Assembly (NCBI GenBank): GCA_963755275.1
Contig: CAVWJU010000003.1
Location: forward strand, 236,561 to 300,560
Source: an uncultured Solirubrobacteraceae bacterium
GTDB taxonomy: Bacteria > Actinomycetota > Thermoleophilia > Solirubrobacterales > Solirubrobacteraceae
DNA: 64,000 bases
Direction of reading: 5' to 3'
Position 1 is the first letter of the stretch. Every line of letters starts with the position of its first letter. Shown here piece after piece: positions 22,701 to 33,729 of this stretch. Made by a program: the position numbers and the translations under genes. The notes below the pieces were generated by a model. The model ran no database searches, was not told where the DNA came from, and saw nothing but the letters and a program-made list of their open reading frames with translations.

Positions 22701-22751
22701 CTTCCGGGGGAGCGCCCGCAGGGCTTCGAGCGCCTCCTCGAGCTCGGTCAC
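19734..22751 (-). CDS. ClpA/C-like double-AAA+ ATPase fused to a C-terminal release factor 2-like (PCRF) module lacking GGQ, frameshifted
   Basis: D1: GERGSGR, AGMTYVGELEGRM. D2: VGPTGTGKTE, RIDMSEY, VLLDEFEKA, FRPEFLNRID, GARPLKR. C-terminus: PGFWEDEGR, AMYRAWARERG, LRPESGLH, VRRY..PLVRDAVRGWRTGRLDLVLAGGFD. Confidence 0.8.
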
Positions 22752-24065
22752 CGCAACCCGGCCAGCTCCTCGTAGAGCGCCCGCGCGGCGCGCTCGCCCT
22801 GCTCGAGCGCGACCAGCCGGTAGGACTCGTTCGGGGCGTGCAGCGCGTCGTCGGGGAGCGAGAAGCCGGAGACGATCGCCGGGATGCCGCGCTCGGCGAA
22901 CGCGGCCAGGATCGGCAGCGTGCCGCCGGTGCCGCACCAGCGACGGCGCGCGGCCGGTGGCGCGCTCCAGCGCGCGCCGCGCGGCCTGCAGCGCGGGCGT
23001 CTCGGGGTCGAAGGCCGACGGCTCGGCGCGGTCGGCGCTGAAGATCAGCTCGGCGCCGTCGGGCAGCGCGTCGCGCAGCAGCGCCTCGAGGTTGCGGGCG
23101 ATCTCGTCCGAGCGCTGGCCGCCGACGATCCGCACCGACAGGTCGGCGCGAGGCCACCGGCACGACGATCGTGCGCGCCTGGCCGCCCTCGACGCGGTGG
23201 ACGTCCAGCGACGGCTCGGCCGTCGTGCGCACGTAGAACTCGGTCGCGGCCGCGGGGTCGGACGGGCCGCGCGCCGACCTGCGCGAGCTCGGACTCGCCG
23301 CTCGGGCAGCGTCGCCCAGCCCGCGATCTCGAGCTCGGACGGCGGCTCGACGCCGGCGCGCAGCGGCTCGGGCAGGCGCCCGTCGGGCCCGGGCAGGACC
23401 GCGGCCAGCGCGCGGTGCAGCGCGTGGAAGGCGTTCAGCGCGGCGCCGCCGTACATGCCGGAGTGCGCGGGCTGCGTGCCCGTGCGGACCTCGACGTGCG
23501 CGAACACCATCCCGCGCGTGGCGAGCGTCAGCGCGGGCGTCTCGGCGTCGATCATGCCGCTGTCGAAGACGATCACCGCGTCCGCGCCGCGCGCGTCCTG
23601 GCAGCACCCACTCGCCGACGTCGTCGGAGCCCGTCTCCTCGGCGCCCTCGATCAGCACGCGCACGTGCACCGGCAGCTCGCCCGCCGCGGCCAGCGCGCA
23701 GGCGACGTGCAGCAGCGGGAGGAAGTTGCCCTTGTCGTCGGTCGCGCCGCGGGCGTAGAGCGCGGCCGTCGCGGACCGTGGGCTCGAACGGCGGCGACGT
23801 CCAGTCCGCCGAGGTCGCCCGGGTCCTGCACGTCGTAGTGGCCGTAGATCATCACCACGCGGCGCGTCGTCACGGGCCGAGCGCAGCTCGCCGACGACCA
23901 GCGGCGCGCCGCCGGGCGTGTCCACGAGCTCGCACGTCCCGCCGGCGGCCCGCACGCGCACGGCCGCCCACTCGGCGGCGTGCGCGCAGCGCGGCCTCGT
24001 CGCGCTCGCCGGCCGAGATCGACGGGATCCGCAGCCAGTCGATCGCCTCGTCGAAGCAGGCTCAG
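22748..24065 (-). CDS. M20/M25/M40 metallopeptidase (dipeptidase-like), frameshifted; start approximate
   Basis: DWLRIPSIS, YGHYDVQ, YARGATDDKG, EGAEETGS, HSGMYGG, HAPNE. Confidence 0.85.
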
Positions 24066-25839
24066 CTCAGCCGCTTGATCACCGCCAGCGTGTCGCCGGC
24101 GGTGACGGCGTCGCCTTCGGAGATCGGCAGCTCGGCGATCTTGCCCGCCTTGTGGGCGGTGATCTCGTTCTCCATCTTCATCGCCTCGATGATGCAGACG
24201 AGCGCGCCCTCTTCGACGGTCGGCGCCCTTCTCGACGAGCACCTTGAAGACGTTGCCCTGCATCGGCGAGGCGAGCGTCGTCGCCGCCGCCGGCTCCGCC
24301 GCCGCCGGCCTTGCGGTCGCGCTTGGGCGCGGCCTTCGGCGGGCGCGACGCCGTTCGGACGACGGCGCGCCGGCCTCGCCGTGCACGGTGACGCTGAAGC
24401 GCTTGCCGGAGACCTCGACGACGTAGTCGCGGGCGACGATCTCGGACTCGTCCTCGTCGGCCGGCTGCGGCCTTCGGGAACGCAAGCGCCTTCAGCCACT
24501 CGCTTGTCCTCGATCAGGTCGCGGCAGGTCTCGCCCTTGGCCCACTGCTCGGAGGCCATGATCGCCTTGTGGAACGGGATCAGGGTCTTGACGCCCTCGA
24601 TCTCGAACTCCTTCAGCGCGCGCGCCATCCGCCGCGTCGCGCGTCTCGCGGTCGGCGTCCCAGACGATCAGCTTGGCCACCATCGGGTCATACAGCGGCG
24701 TGATCTCCGAGCCCGCCGAGCACGCCCGAGTCCACCCGCACGCCCGGGCCCCGACGGCTCGCGGTAGTGCGCGACCGTGCCCGGCGCGGGGGCGAAGTTC
24801 TTCGACGCGTCCTCGGCGTTGATCCGGCACTCGATCGCGTGCCCGTGCCAGCGGATGTCGTCCTGGCCGAAGGCAGATCGGCTCGCCCGCGGCGATCAGG
24901 ACCTGCTCGCGCACGATGTCGACGCCGGTGACCGCCTCGGTCACGCAGTGCTCGACCTGCACGCGCGTGTTCATCTCCAGGAAGAAGTACTCGCCGTCCT
25001 CGCTCAGCAGGCCCTCGATCGTGCCCGCGCCGCGGTAGTCGACGGCGCGCGCGGCGTCGACGGCGATCTTGCCGATCCGCTCGCGCAGCTCGGCGTCGAC
25101 CAGCGGCGCCGGCGACTCCTCGATCAGCTTCTGATGGCGGCGCTGGATCGAGCAGTCGCGCTCGCCCAGGTGCACGACGTTGCCGTGCGCCGTCGGCCAG
25201 CACCTGGACCTCGACGTGGCGCGGGTCGGGCAGGTAGCGCTCCAGGTAGACCGTCGCGTCGGAGAAGAACTTCTCGCCCTCGCGCGCCGCGCCCTCGAAG
25301 GCGTCCTTGAGCTTGTCCGGCTCCAGCGCGACGCGGAAGCCCTTGCCGCCGCCGCCGCCCGCGGCCTTGACCGCGACCGGGTAGCCGATCTCCTCGGCGA
25401 TCCGCTCGGCGTCCTCGAGCGACTCCACCGGCTCGGTCGTGCCCGGCACGATCGGCACGCCCGCGTCCTGCATCAGCTCGCGCGCCTTGGTCTTCGAGCC
25501 CATCGCGTCGATCGCCGACGCCGGCGGCCCGATGAACGTCACGCCGGCCTCCTCCAGCCGCCGCGCGAAGGCGGCGTTCTCGGCCAGGAAGCCGTAGCCG
25601 GGGTGCACGGCCTCGGCGCCGGAGCGCTCGATCACCTCGAGCAGCTTGTCGACGTTGAGGTAGGACTCGGCGGCCGGGCCCGGACCGAGCAGATAGGCCT
25701 CGGTGGCGCGCTTGACATGCTGCGCGTCACGGTCGGCCTCGGAGTACACGGCGACCGACTCGATCCCGAGCTCGTCGAGCGCTCGAATGACACGGACCGC
25801 GATCTCGCCGCGGTTGGCGACCAGGACCCTTGTAAACAT
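24062..25839 (-). CDS. Acyl-CoA carboxylase alpha subunit (biotin carboxylase plus biotin carrier; AccA3/BccA-type), frameshifted
   Basis: [42 protein letters not shown], biotinylation motif EAMKM. Confidence 0.92.
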
Positions 25840-25851
25840 GAGGGGCGCGCC

Positions 25852-26440
25852 ATGCTATCCGCACGCCTCATCCTGGTCCGCCACGGCCAGTCCACCTACA
25901 ACGCCCAGGCCCGTCTGCAGGGTCAGTCCGACCCGCAGCTCTCGGAGACCGGCCGCGCCGAGGCGCAGCTGCTGCGCTCGCTCTTCGACGGCTTCGCGCC
26001 CGAGCGGGTGATCACCAGCGACCTGCGGCGCGCGAGCGAGACCGCGGCCATCATCGGCTTCCCGGACGCGCGGCGCGACGCGCGCTTCCGCGAGATCGAC
26101 GTCGGCTCGTGGGCCGGCCGGCCGCTGTCGGACTTCCCGGACGAGTCCGAGACGGCCTGGCGCGGCGGTCAGCTGCACGCGCCCGACGGCGAGTCGCTGG
26201 GCCGACCTGCAGGCGCGCGTCGGCGGCGCGGTCGACGAGCTGCTCGCCGCCGGCGGACCATGGGTCGTCGTGTGTCACGGAGGCGTCGTGCGCGCGGCGC
26301 TCTCGCACGTCACCGGCGCCGACCCGCGCCGCGTCGCCGGGCCCGGCGAACGCCAGCGTCACGATCGTCCAAGCGGCGCGCGGCCTCGCCTGGAGGCCTA
26401 CGCCTGGACGCCGACGGCGTCACATTGTCAGGGACGATAA
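25852..26440 (+). CDS. Histidine phosphatase (phosphoglycerate mutase family), frameshifted
   Basis: LVRHGQS, SDLRRASETA, REIDVGSW, VCHGGVV. Confidence 0.85.
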
Positions 26441-26559
26441 CCGCAAGTTCTCCGCAGGGCGGCGTTTGAGCCCGTAACGCCGCTCGCATCCTGGGGCCTT
26501 TGTCGAGCGGCGCAAGTGGGAACCGGCCGGCCGGCCAATGGGGCCGTCGTGCCGGCCGG

Positions 26560-26758
26560 TTACCCCCAGCCCCAGCGCTCGGGCTCGCGATCGACGCCTT
26601 CCGCCAACGCGGTCCTGACCCACGGGCTCGGCGTCGGGCCCGGGCGCGACGGGCGGCGCCGTGTCGCGCAGGAACTGCTCGATCGCGGCGATCACCGCCG
26701 CCGCCTCCTCGGGCGCGGCGCTGCTGCCGTGGAGCTCGAGACGCGGGCGGCGGTTCAC
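26560..26758 (-). CDS. Acyl-CoA carboxylase epsilon-subunit-like small protein
   Basis: AAPEEAAAVIAAIEQFLRDTAP...SPWVRTA resembles actinobacterial AccE (PEExAA...SxW); lies close to the carboxylase gene. Confidence 0.6.
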
Positions 26759-26798
26759 CGGCGCCGCCGTACCGTACTTGGCATCAGCATCGCGCGCC

Positions 26799-28621
26799 AT
26801 GTCCGCCCGCTCCGCCGTCCTCGGGGCCCTGGCCCTGCTCGCGCTCACCGCTCCCGTCGCGCTCGCCGATCCCGCCGGGAGATCGACGACCGAGCGAGAC
26901 GATCCGGCCGCACCGGCAGCGGCGGCTTCCCGACGCTGCGCACGCGGGCGGGCGAGGACCACGGGATCCGCCGCCACCCGTCGGCGCGGCCGTCGTCGGA
27001 CCGCGCGTCCGAGCGGCGCTCGCTGGCGTTCTTCGGCCAGCTCACCGACCCGCAGATCGCCGACGAGATGTCGCCGGCGCGGGTCGACTTCGTCGACCCG
27101 GCGGGCAACGCGAGTCTGCTCCTCGTGGCGGCCGCAGGAGGCGCTCGAGCTGCAGGTCTTCGACCAGACCGTCCGCAACATGAACGCCAACCGGACGAGC
27201 GAGCTGCGCGGGCGTGGCGGCAAGCGGGCGAAGCTCGGCTTCGCGATCACGACCGGCGACCTGGCCGACAACCAGCAGCTCAACGAGACGCGCTGGTTCG
27301 AGCGCGTGCTCGACGGCGGGACGGTCGACCCGTTCTCCGGCAAGCCGGTCAGCGCGTCGAACCCGTGCCCGGGCGCGACGCCGGAGACGGTCAACGGCGC
27401 TGAACGCCGCGGTCGCCGCGCGCCGCTACACCGGCGTCGCCGACTACGACGACTACCCCGGCGTGCCGACCGACCGCTACGGCGGCTTCTGGGACCCGGA
27501 CGCGGCGCCGCCGGGCGGCCCGTACGCCGCCTTCCCGCGCTATCCCGGGGCTGCTCGAGCGCGCGCAGCAGCCGTTCAGCGCCGAGGGCCTGAAGGTGCG
27601 CTGGTACATCGCCCGCGGCAACCACGACGGGCTCGATCCAGGGCAACGCGCCCGCCAGCACGGACCTCTTCCGCGCGATCGCCACGGGCTGCCTGAAGGT
27701 CTTCCCGTCGGCCGCGCTCGACCCGGCGCAGTTCGCGAACGCCGACGAGAGCGAGGTCTTCCGCCGCATCGGCGACCCGTCCTACATCTCGACGCTGCTG
27801 GCCGGCGGGCGCAACGTGCCGCCCGATCCGGACCGCCGGATCCTCTCCACGGTCGAGTACAAGCGCGAGCTCGGCCGCGCCTACCGCCACGTCGAGGCCG
27901 CCGAGCGGCGCGCCTCCGACGACGTCGCCACCTACTACGCGTTCCGCCCGCGCCCCGGCCTCGAGCTGATCTCGCTCGACACCGTCGCCGAGGGCGGCGG
28001 CTCGAACGGCAACCTCGACGACCCGCAGTACCGCTGGCTCGAGGGCAAGCTCAAGCAGGCCGAGCGCGCGGACCGGCTCGTGATCGCCTACGGCCACCAC
28101 ACGCTCGGCACGCTCGACAACACCCGCACGGACGAGCAGGCCGGCGCCTGCACGCCGCCGAAGCCGGGCTGCGACGCCGACCCGCGCAAGCTCGACGCCG
28201 CTCCACCGCGGCCTGAAGGGCAAGAAGACCGTGCGCGACCTGTTCCTGCGCTACCCGAACGTGATCGCCTACGTCGCCGGCCACACGCACGAGAACCGCA
28301 TCGACCTCTACCGCAAGGGCAGCTCGGGCTTCTGGCAGATCAACACCGCCTCGCACGTCGACTGGCCGCAGCAGAGCCGGCTGATCGAGCTGATGGACAA
28401 CGACGACGGCACGCTGTCGCTGTTCGCGACGGTGCTCGACCAGGCCGCCCCGATCGCCGCGCCCGCGCCCGGCACGGCGGCCGCGTCGCTGACCGACGCC
28501 CAGCTCGGGAGCCTCGGCGCGCGTGCTGGCGTTCAACGACCCGCAGCGCGCCCGGCCCGACGCGCTCGGCCGCACGCTGGACCGCAACATGGAGCTCGTG
28601 CTGCGCGACCCGCGGGAGTAG
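26799..28621 (+). CDS. Secreted calcineurin-like metallophosphoesterase (TIGR03767-like), frameshifted
   Basis: Signal peptide; LTDPQIADEMSPAR, TGDLADN, RGNHD, GHH, AGHTH, SHVDWPQQSR. Confidence 0.8.
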
Positions 28622-28658
28622 CGCCGAACGGCGGGCCGGGCCACCTACGAGGTGGAGG

Positions 28659-28683
28659 TCGGCTCCACCCTTGGTGGAGCCGA
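28659..28683. terminator. Intergenic hairpin
   Basis: TCGGCTCCACC-ctt-GGTGGAGCCGA, 11-bp stem downstream of the phosphoesterase gene. Confidence 0.45.
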
Positions 28684-28714
28684 AGCTTCCCGCGCGCGAC
28701 CCAGGCTGGAGGCA

Positions 28715-29114
28715 ATGTCCAGATTGCTCTGTGCCGCGATTCTGATCGCGATCTTGGTGGCGTCGCCCGCTTCGGCGGCGTGGACGCCGCCCACCACGTT
28801 GTCCAACGCCGACGAGGCCAACCCGCGCGCCCAGGCCGCGTTCGGCGGCAGCGTCCTGACGGGCTGGCTGAAGCCGACCGCCGCCCTGTCCAAGCGCCTC
28901 GGCGCCCCGTCGCCGATCACCACCGCCGACCCGTTCGAGCAGGTCTGGGCCGGCGGGCTCGACGCCGAGGGCAACGCGGTCGTCCTCACCGTGCGCCGGC
29001 ACCAGCCGCGGCGGCGCGTGCGGGCGATCATCGACGGCACCCGCCGCACGATCTCCGACGGCTCCCACACGGCCAACGCGCCGGTGCTCGCGGTCGCGCC
29101 CGACGGCACCGCCG
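28715..29114 (+). CDS. Secreted hypothetical protein, truncated at the compositional junction
   Basis: Signal peptide MSRLLCAAILIAILVASPASAAWTPP; high-GC3 codon usage stops abruptly after VAPDGTA. Confidence 0.6.
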
Positions 29115-29140
29115 CATGCGCGCCATCATCGCACCACCCT
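29100..29140. other. Probable chimeric/concatenation junction between an actinobacterial and an acidobacterial sequence
   Basis: Abrupt fall in GC and change in codon style, a truncated ORF, and actinobacterial genes on the left versus lpxC, TonB receptor and ADOP on the right. Confidence 0.8.
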
Positions 29141-29215
29141 CGTCACAAACTGCGGCTGTCTCAAATTGTCACAATCGACTCGCATCGGGGTTCCTATACT
29201 CCACCGTCCGTCCAA

Positions 29216-29227
29216 ATAATCGATAAT
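29216..29227. promoter_or_regulatory. Candidate operator ATAATCGATAAT (1 mismatch to ATAATCGATTAT)
   Basis: About 25 bp upstream of the ATG at 29251; related sites at 33659 and 39021. Confidence 0.5.
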
Positions 29228-29250
29228 CGAGCCGATTAAGGATACTCGCC

Positions 29251-31207
29251 ATGTCTCGATCGATCCTCATCATCCTTTGCGTCGCGGCGATGGAAAGCGT
29301 GTCGCACGCGAACAAGAATTTCATTCCTGACTGGACGTTCACGGGGTCGTCGCTCGCCGATGCCGACGAGCTCGGTGCCGCCAAGTGGACCGCGCAGAAC
29401 GGCGAGGTGATCGGAACGCCGTCGTCACCGGATGGTGGCTGGCTGCTGTTCACGAATCCCCGTGCAGGACGTGCAGATGGCAACGTCCTTCCAGTGTGCC
29501 GCCGGCTGTCAGGCCGGTGTGTTGCTGCGGTTCGAGAAGACCGCGGATGGATTCAAGGGCGTGTTCGTGTCGATCTCCGAAACGCCCGGCGCGTTCGCGG
29601 TGACGCTCGACGCGCAAGGGCGCGTCCGGACGAAGGAGCCGCTCGAGCGTGGCGGCGGCACGGTCCGCGCGCTCGCACCTCCACAGCCCCAGGAGGCGCC
29701 CCGACGCGGCGCGCGCGGGCGGTCCCGGGCGCGGTGGTCCTGGACGTGGCGCCGGCGGTGCCGGACGCGGCGGCGCGCCTGAGCGATCGCCGTACACGCG
29801 ACCCGACTATGTATTCCGGCCGGGCGAATGGAACACGCTGGAATCCATTCTCGACACGAACATTCTTCGCTCGTGGCTCAACGATGGACCGGAAGCCGGC
29901 GTGGCGAGTGGACGCGTCGACGACCAGATTGCACGGTACGGCCGCGTGGGACTGTACGTCGGCGGAACGACGGAAGTGCGATACCGCTCGATTGAAACGA
30001 AGGATCTCGCGCGCCGTGTCCGTTCGGACGAGCAAGTCGGCGCCGCGTTCCGGCTGCAGCGCCTGAACGACTTCTACTACGCGTGGTCGGCGACCGCCGC
30101 CGACGTGAACCGCGACGGCGTGCTCGATGTTGTCGCCGGCCCGCACTATTTCCTCGGTCCCGACTATCGCGTCTCGCGACGAGATCTACGTGAGCCGGAT
30201 CTACAACCCGGGCGCCGAGTACGCCGCTGCCGCAATGAACATCGCACACGACTACACCGGCGACGGATTTCCCGACGTCGTCGTATCCGAAGGTCGCAGC
30301 TTCGTGATGTACGTGAATCCCGGCAAAGAACTGCGGCGGTGGGATCGTTATCCCGCGTTCGCCAACACCGCCGAGGTCGTGGCATTCAGCGACGTCACAG
30401 GCGACGGTGCACCAGACGTGGTCGTGCTCAACAGCGGCATGGTGTCGGTCGCGACCGTGAATACGGCCGCTCCGACATCGCCGTGGACTGTTCATCCCGT
30501 GTCAGGTCCCGGGTACACGGTCGCCGCGCAGCACGGACTCGGCGCCGGCGACATCAACGGCGATCGCCGTGTCGACGTCGTGACTCCGTATGGATGGTGG
30601 GAGCATCCGGCCAGTGGTTTCGGCGGTGCGTGGCCATATCATCCGGTGGCATTCGGCCGCTGGCCTCGCGCGGGTGCGAGCCCGGGCGGCGGCGAGCTGC
30701 GCGTGGCCGATTTCAACGGCGACGGATTGAGTGACGTCGCCGCCAGTCTTGAAGCGCATGGCTGGGGCCTCGCGTGGTTCGAGCAAAAACGGTCGGCGGC
30801 GGGCGAGACCTCCTGGGTGCAGCACATGATCATCGACGACCTGGCCTCGAAGAATGCGGGCGGCGTGGCCGTCTCAGAAATACACGCGATCACGACTGCG
30901 GATGTCGACGGCGACGGGGTTCCGGACGTCATTGCCGGCAAACGGCTGTTCTCGCATCTCGACAGCTACACGGATCCGGATCCGCACGGTGAGGCGGCGC
31001 TCTACGTGTTCCGCACTGTCCGGGACACACGCGCGCCTGGGGGGCGCGACGTTCGTCCCGCAGTTGGTCCACAATCGATCCGGTGTCGGCTCGATGGTGC
31101 AAACCGGCGACTTGAACAAGGACGGCGCGGTCGAGATCCTCACTGCGACGAACCGGGGGACGTTCATTTTCTGGGGATCGGCGAAGAAGGGTGTTCGCGC
31201 GAAATGA
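29251..31207 (+). CDS. Secreted DUF1080 (3-keto-disaccharide hydrolase-like) plus FG-GAP/VCBS repeat protein, frameshifted
   Basis: WTAQNGEVIG, GEWNTLE, EVRYRSI in the N-domain; repeated DxNxDGxxD motifs (DVNRDGVLD, DINGDRRVD, DFNGDGLSD, DLNKDGAVE). Confidence 0.75.
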
Positions 31208-31451
31208 AGATGAAGCCCTGATCGTCGGTGTGGTCGTCTTGCTCGGCATGCGCGTGACGCACGCACAGCTTGCCGACACGTACTCGTTGCCGCGTTCGGC
31301 GAACTGCTGTCTGCTGAACACGGCGACCCTGCTCGCCGAGCGCCTCGACGAAGCCTTTCCCGGCAAGCCGTATGTCAACCCCAACGCACAGGGCTACACG
31401 CTCATGACACCCGTCGCGAGCGCGGCCATCGCCGACGCTCTCAGAAGGTAG
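31204..31451 (+). pseudogene. Short remnant: signal peptide plus SGNH-hydrolase-like C-terminus
   Basis: Hydrophobic leader, then NPNAQGYTLMTPVASAAIADAL resembling the SGNH block V helix (HPNxxGY) with the core missing. Confidence 0.4.
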
Positions 31452-31457
31452 GTATCT

Positions 31458-32546
31458 ATGTCACAGAGTGAAATTACTCGTCGCACGTTCGCGCAGACCG
31501 CCGCGATGGCGCTCGGGGCGTATGCGCTTCCGTCGCTGCCTGCGTGGGCGCAGGGACCGGCCAAGAAACGCAACGTCGTCATTGGCCACACGGGAATAAC
31601 GTGGCCGGCTCGCCCGTTCACTGGACGGCGCGGCGGCGGTCCAATGCCGCCGCGGACGGACCGCCTGCCGGCGGCGCAGGTGCGCCTGCGGCTCCTCCGG
31701 CCGCAACCAGCGGACAGCAGGCTGCACCGCCGCCTGCAGAAGGCCGGCGCAGCGGAGGTCCTCCGCCGCCGCCCGATCCGGCGATGAACGAGACGATCTT
31801 CAAGGACGTCTCCGAGCTTGGCTTTGCAGGACTCGAGCTGTTCGACTGGCAGATCGCCGGACTCGAGAGCCAGGGTCTGCTCGGCCAGATTCGTCGAGAG
31901 GTACAAGCTGCCGCTCATCTCGAGCTATACGAGCATCCAGCTGACCGATCCCGCCCGGCGCACTGAGACGATCGCGGCCGCGGTCAACATCGGGAAGATC
32001 ATGAAGAAGTACGGCGGCAAGACGATTGTCATCGGTCCGAGCGGTCGTGTCGGTGGCCCCAGCTACAACTTCAGCGAGCACAAACAGAACATCGTCACGA
32101 CACTGAACGAGCTCGGCAAGGCCATCACCGACATCGGTCTCATCGCCGCGCTGCATCAGCACACCGGGACGGCTGTCGAGACGCGCGACGAAACGTACGC
32201 GACGATGGAGGCCGTCGACACGCGCTATGTGAAGTTCGGTCCCGACATCGGCCAGCTTCAGAAGGGCGGCGTCGATCCGGTCGCAGTCGTCAAGCACTTC
32301 CTCCCGGTCGTCCAACACATGCACTTCAAGGATTGGGTCGGCGGACCGTCCATGGCCGGCTACTGCGCTCTTGGTCTCGGCAAGGTCGATCTCGTCGGCG
32401 TCCTCGATCTGATGGAAGGACGCAAGCTCGAGGGCATGATCATGGTCGAGCTGGACAGCGGCGGGCAGATGCCGTACACGCCGCGCGAGGCCGCGCAGAC
32501 CGCACACGACTGGCTCGTCAAACACGGCGTGCCGATGAGGGCGTAG
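31458..32546 (+). CDS. Tat-exported xylose-isomerase-like TIM-barrel protein (sugar phosphate isomerase/IolE family), frameshifted
   Basis: ITRRTFAQ Tat motif; LHQHTGT, GPDIGQL, HMHFKDW, MVELD. Confidence 0.8.
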
Positions 32547-32550
32547 CGAG

Positions 32551-33619
32551 ATGCGAGCTCTGCGAGCCATCGCACTGGGCGTTGGCCGGCGTGATCGCGC
32601 TGTGGCGTCCGGTCATCGGCCAGGTGAGCACGAACGCGCCGGAGGTCGTGCCTGGCGCACGCCCGGTGACCGTGGAACGGATCAAGATCCACGGCAAGGC
32701 CCTCGAAGGAAATCTCGAAGGCAACGTGGTCGATCGCGAGGCCATCGTCGTGCTGCCGCCCGGCTACCAGGCCGAACGAACGCGCCGCTACCCTGTCGTG
32801 TATGCGCTGCACGGCTATTCGATCGGCGCTGAACAATGGATTCGCGAGCTTCACGTACCGCAGACCATCGAAGGCGCCTTCGCGAAGGGCGCACGGCCGA
32901 TGATCGTCGTCTTTCCCGATTCGAAGACCGTGCACAACGGGTCGATGTACTCGAATTCGATCACGACCGGTCATTTCGAGGACTACATCTGGCGCGATGT
33001 CGTGAACTACATCGACGAACGCTACCGGACGATACCGGATCGCAACAACCGGGGTCTCGTCGGCCATTCGATGGGCGGGTACGGCGCGAGCCGGATCGGC
33101 ATGAAGCACCCGGACGTGTTTGGCAGTCTCTACATCATGAGCCCGTGCTGCATGTCACCACGCGGCGCCGGGCCGTCGAACCCGGCCAGCGAGGAGGCGC
33201 TGGCCGCGGTCAAGACGCCGGGCGACTCGGCGAAACTGCCGTTTGGCCTGCGCACACAACTGGCGGTGGCGGCAGCCTGGTCGCCGAATCCGAATAATCC
33301 GCCGCTCTACTTCGATCTGCCGGTCGGTCCGAACCAGCAGGCAGTCCTGGCAAAGTGGGCCGCAAACGCGCCGCTCGCCTTCATCGATCAGTACATCGAG
33401 AACCTGCGTCGATACCGGGCCCTTGCGATCGATGTGGGCGACAAAGACAACTTGAAGACCGACACGAACAGGCTGCACGAGATTCTGGATACCTACAAAG
33501 TGATGCACGCGTTCGAAATCTACCCGGGCACTCACACGAGCCATGTGGCCTTCCGCTTCCAGGATCACGTCATGCCGTTCTTCAGCACGTCGCTCTCATT
33601 CGCTTCGCCGCGCCGCTGA
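32551..33619 (+). CDS. Secreted alpha/beta-hydrolase esterase (putative carbohydrate esterase); N-terminus frameshifted
   Basis: LPPGY...YPVVYALHG, GHSMGGYG, DVGDKD, PGTH. Confidence 0.85.
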
Positions 33620-33658
33620 AGAGCGCGGCATGGAAAAGGATTTGTGCCCGTGAACGCG

Positions 33659-33670
33659 AATCGATTATCC
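33659..33670. promoter_or_regulatory. Candidate operator AATCGATTATCC upstream of the TonB receptor
   Basis: Exact reverse complement of GGATAATCGATT at 39019-39030. Confidence 0.55.
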
Positions 33671-33729
33671 ATCTAGTTTCACAACCCGCAATGCGCGAAG
33701 CCACGATGCTTCAGCGTTAGGAGGTTTCC

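Noticed and set aside
20538-23576. M20 peptidase fused to the AAA+ protein
   Set aside because: The peptidase ends at HAPNE...ELAGLR-TGA (22748) in another frame and overlaps the next GTG start, so these are two genes.
1-29000. Many long Arg/Ala/Pro-rich antisense and alternate-frame ORFs
   Set aside because: Shadow ORFs expected at very high GC; they have no motifs and overlap well-supported genes.
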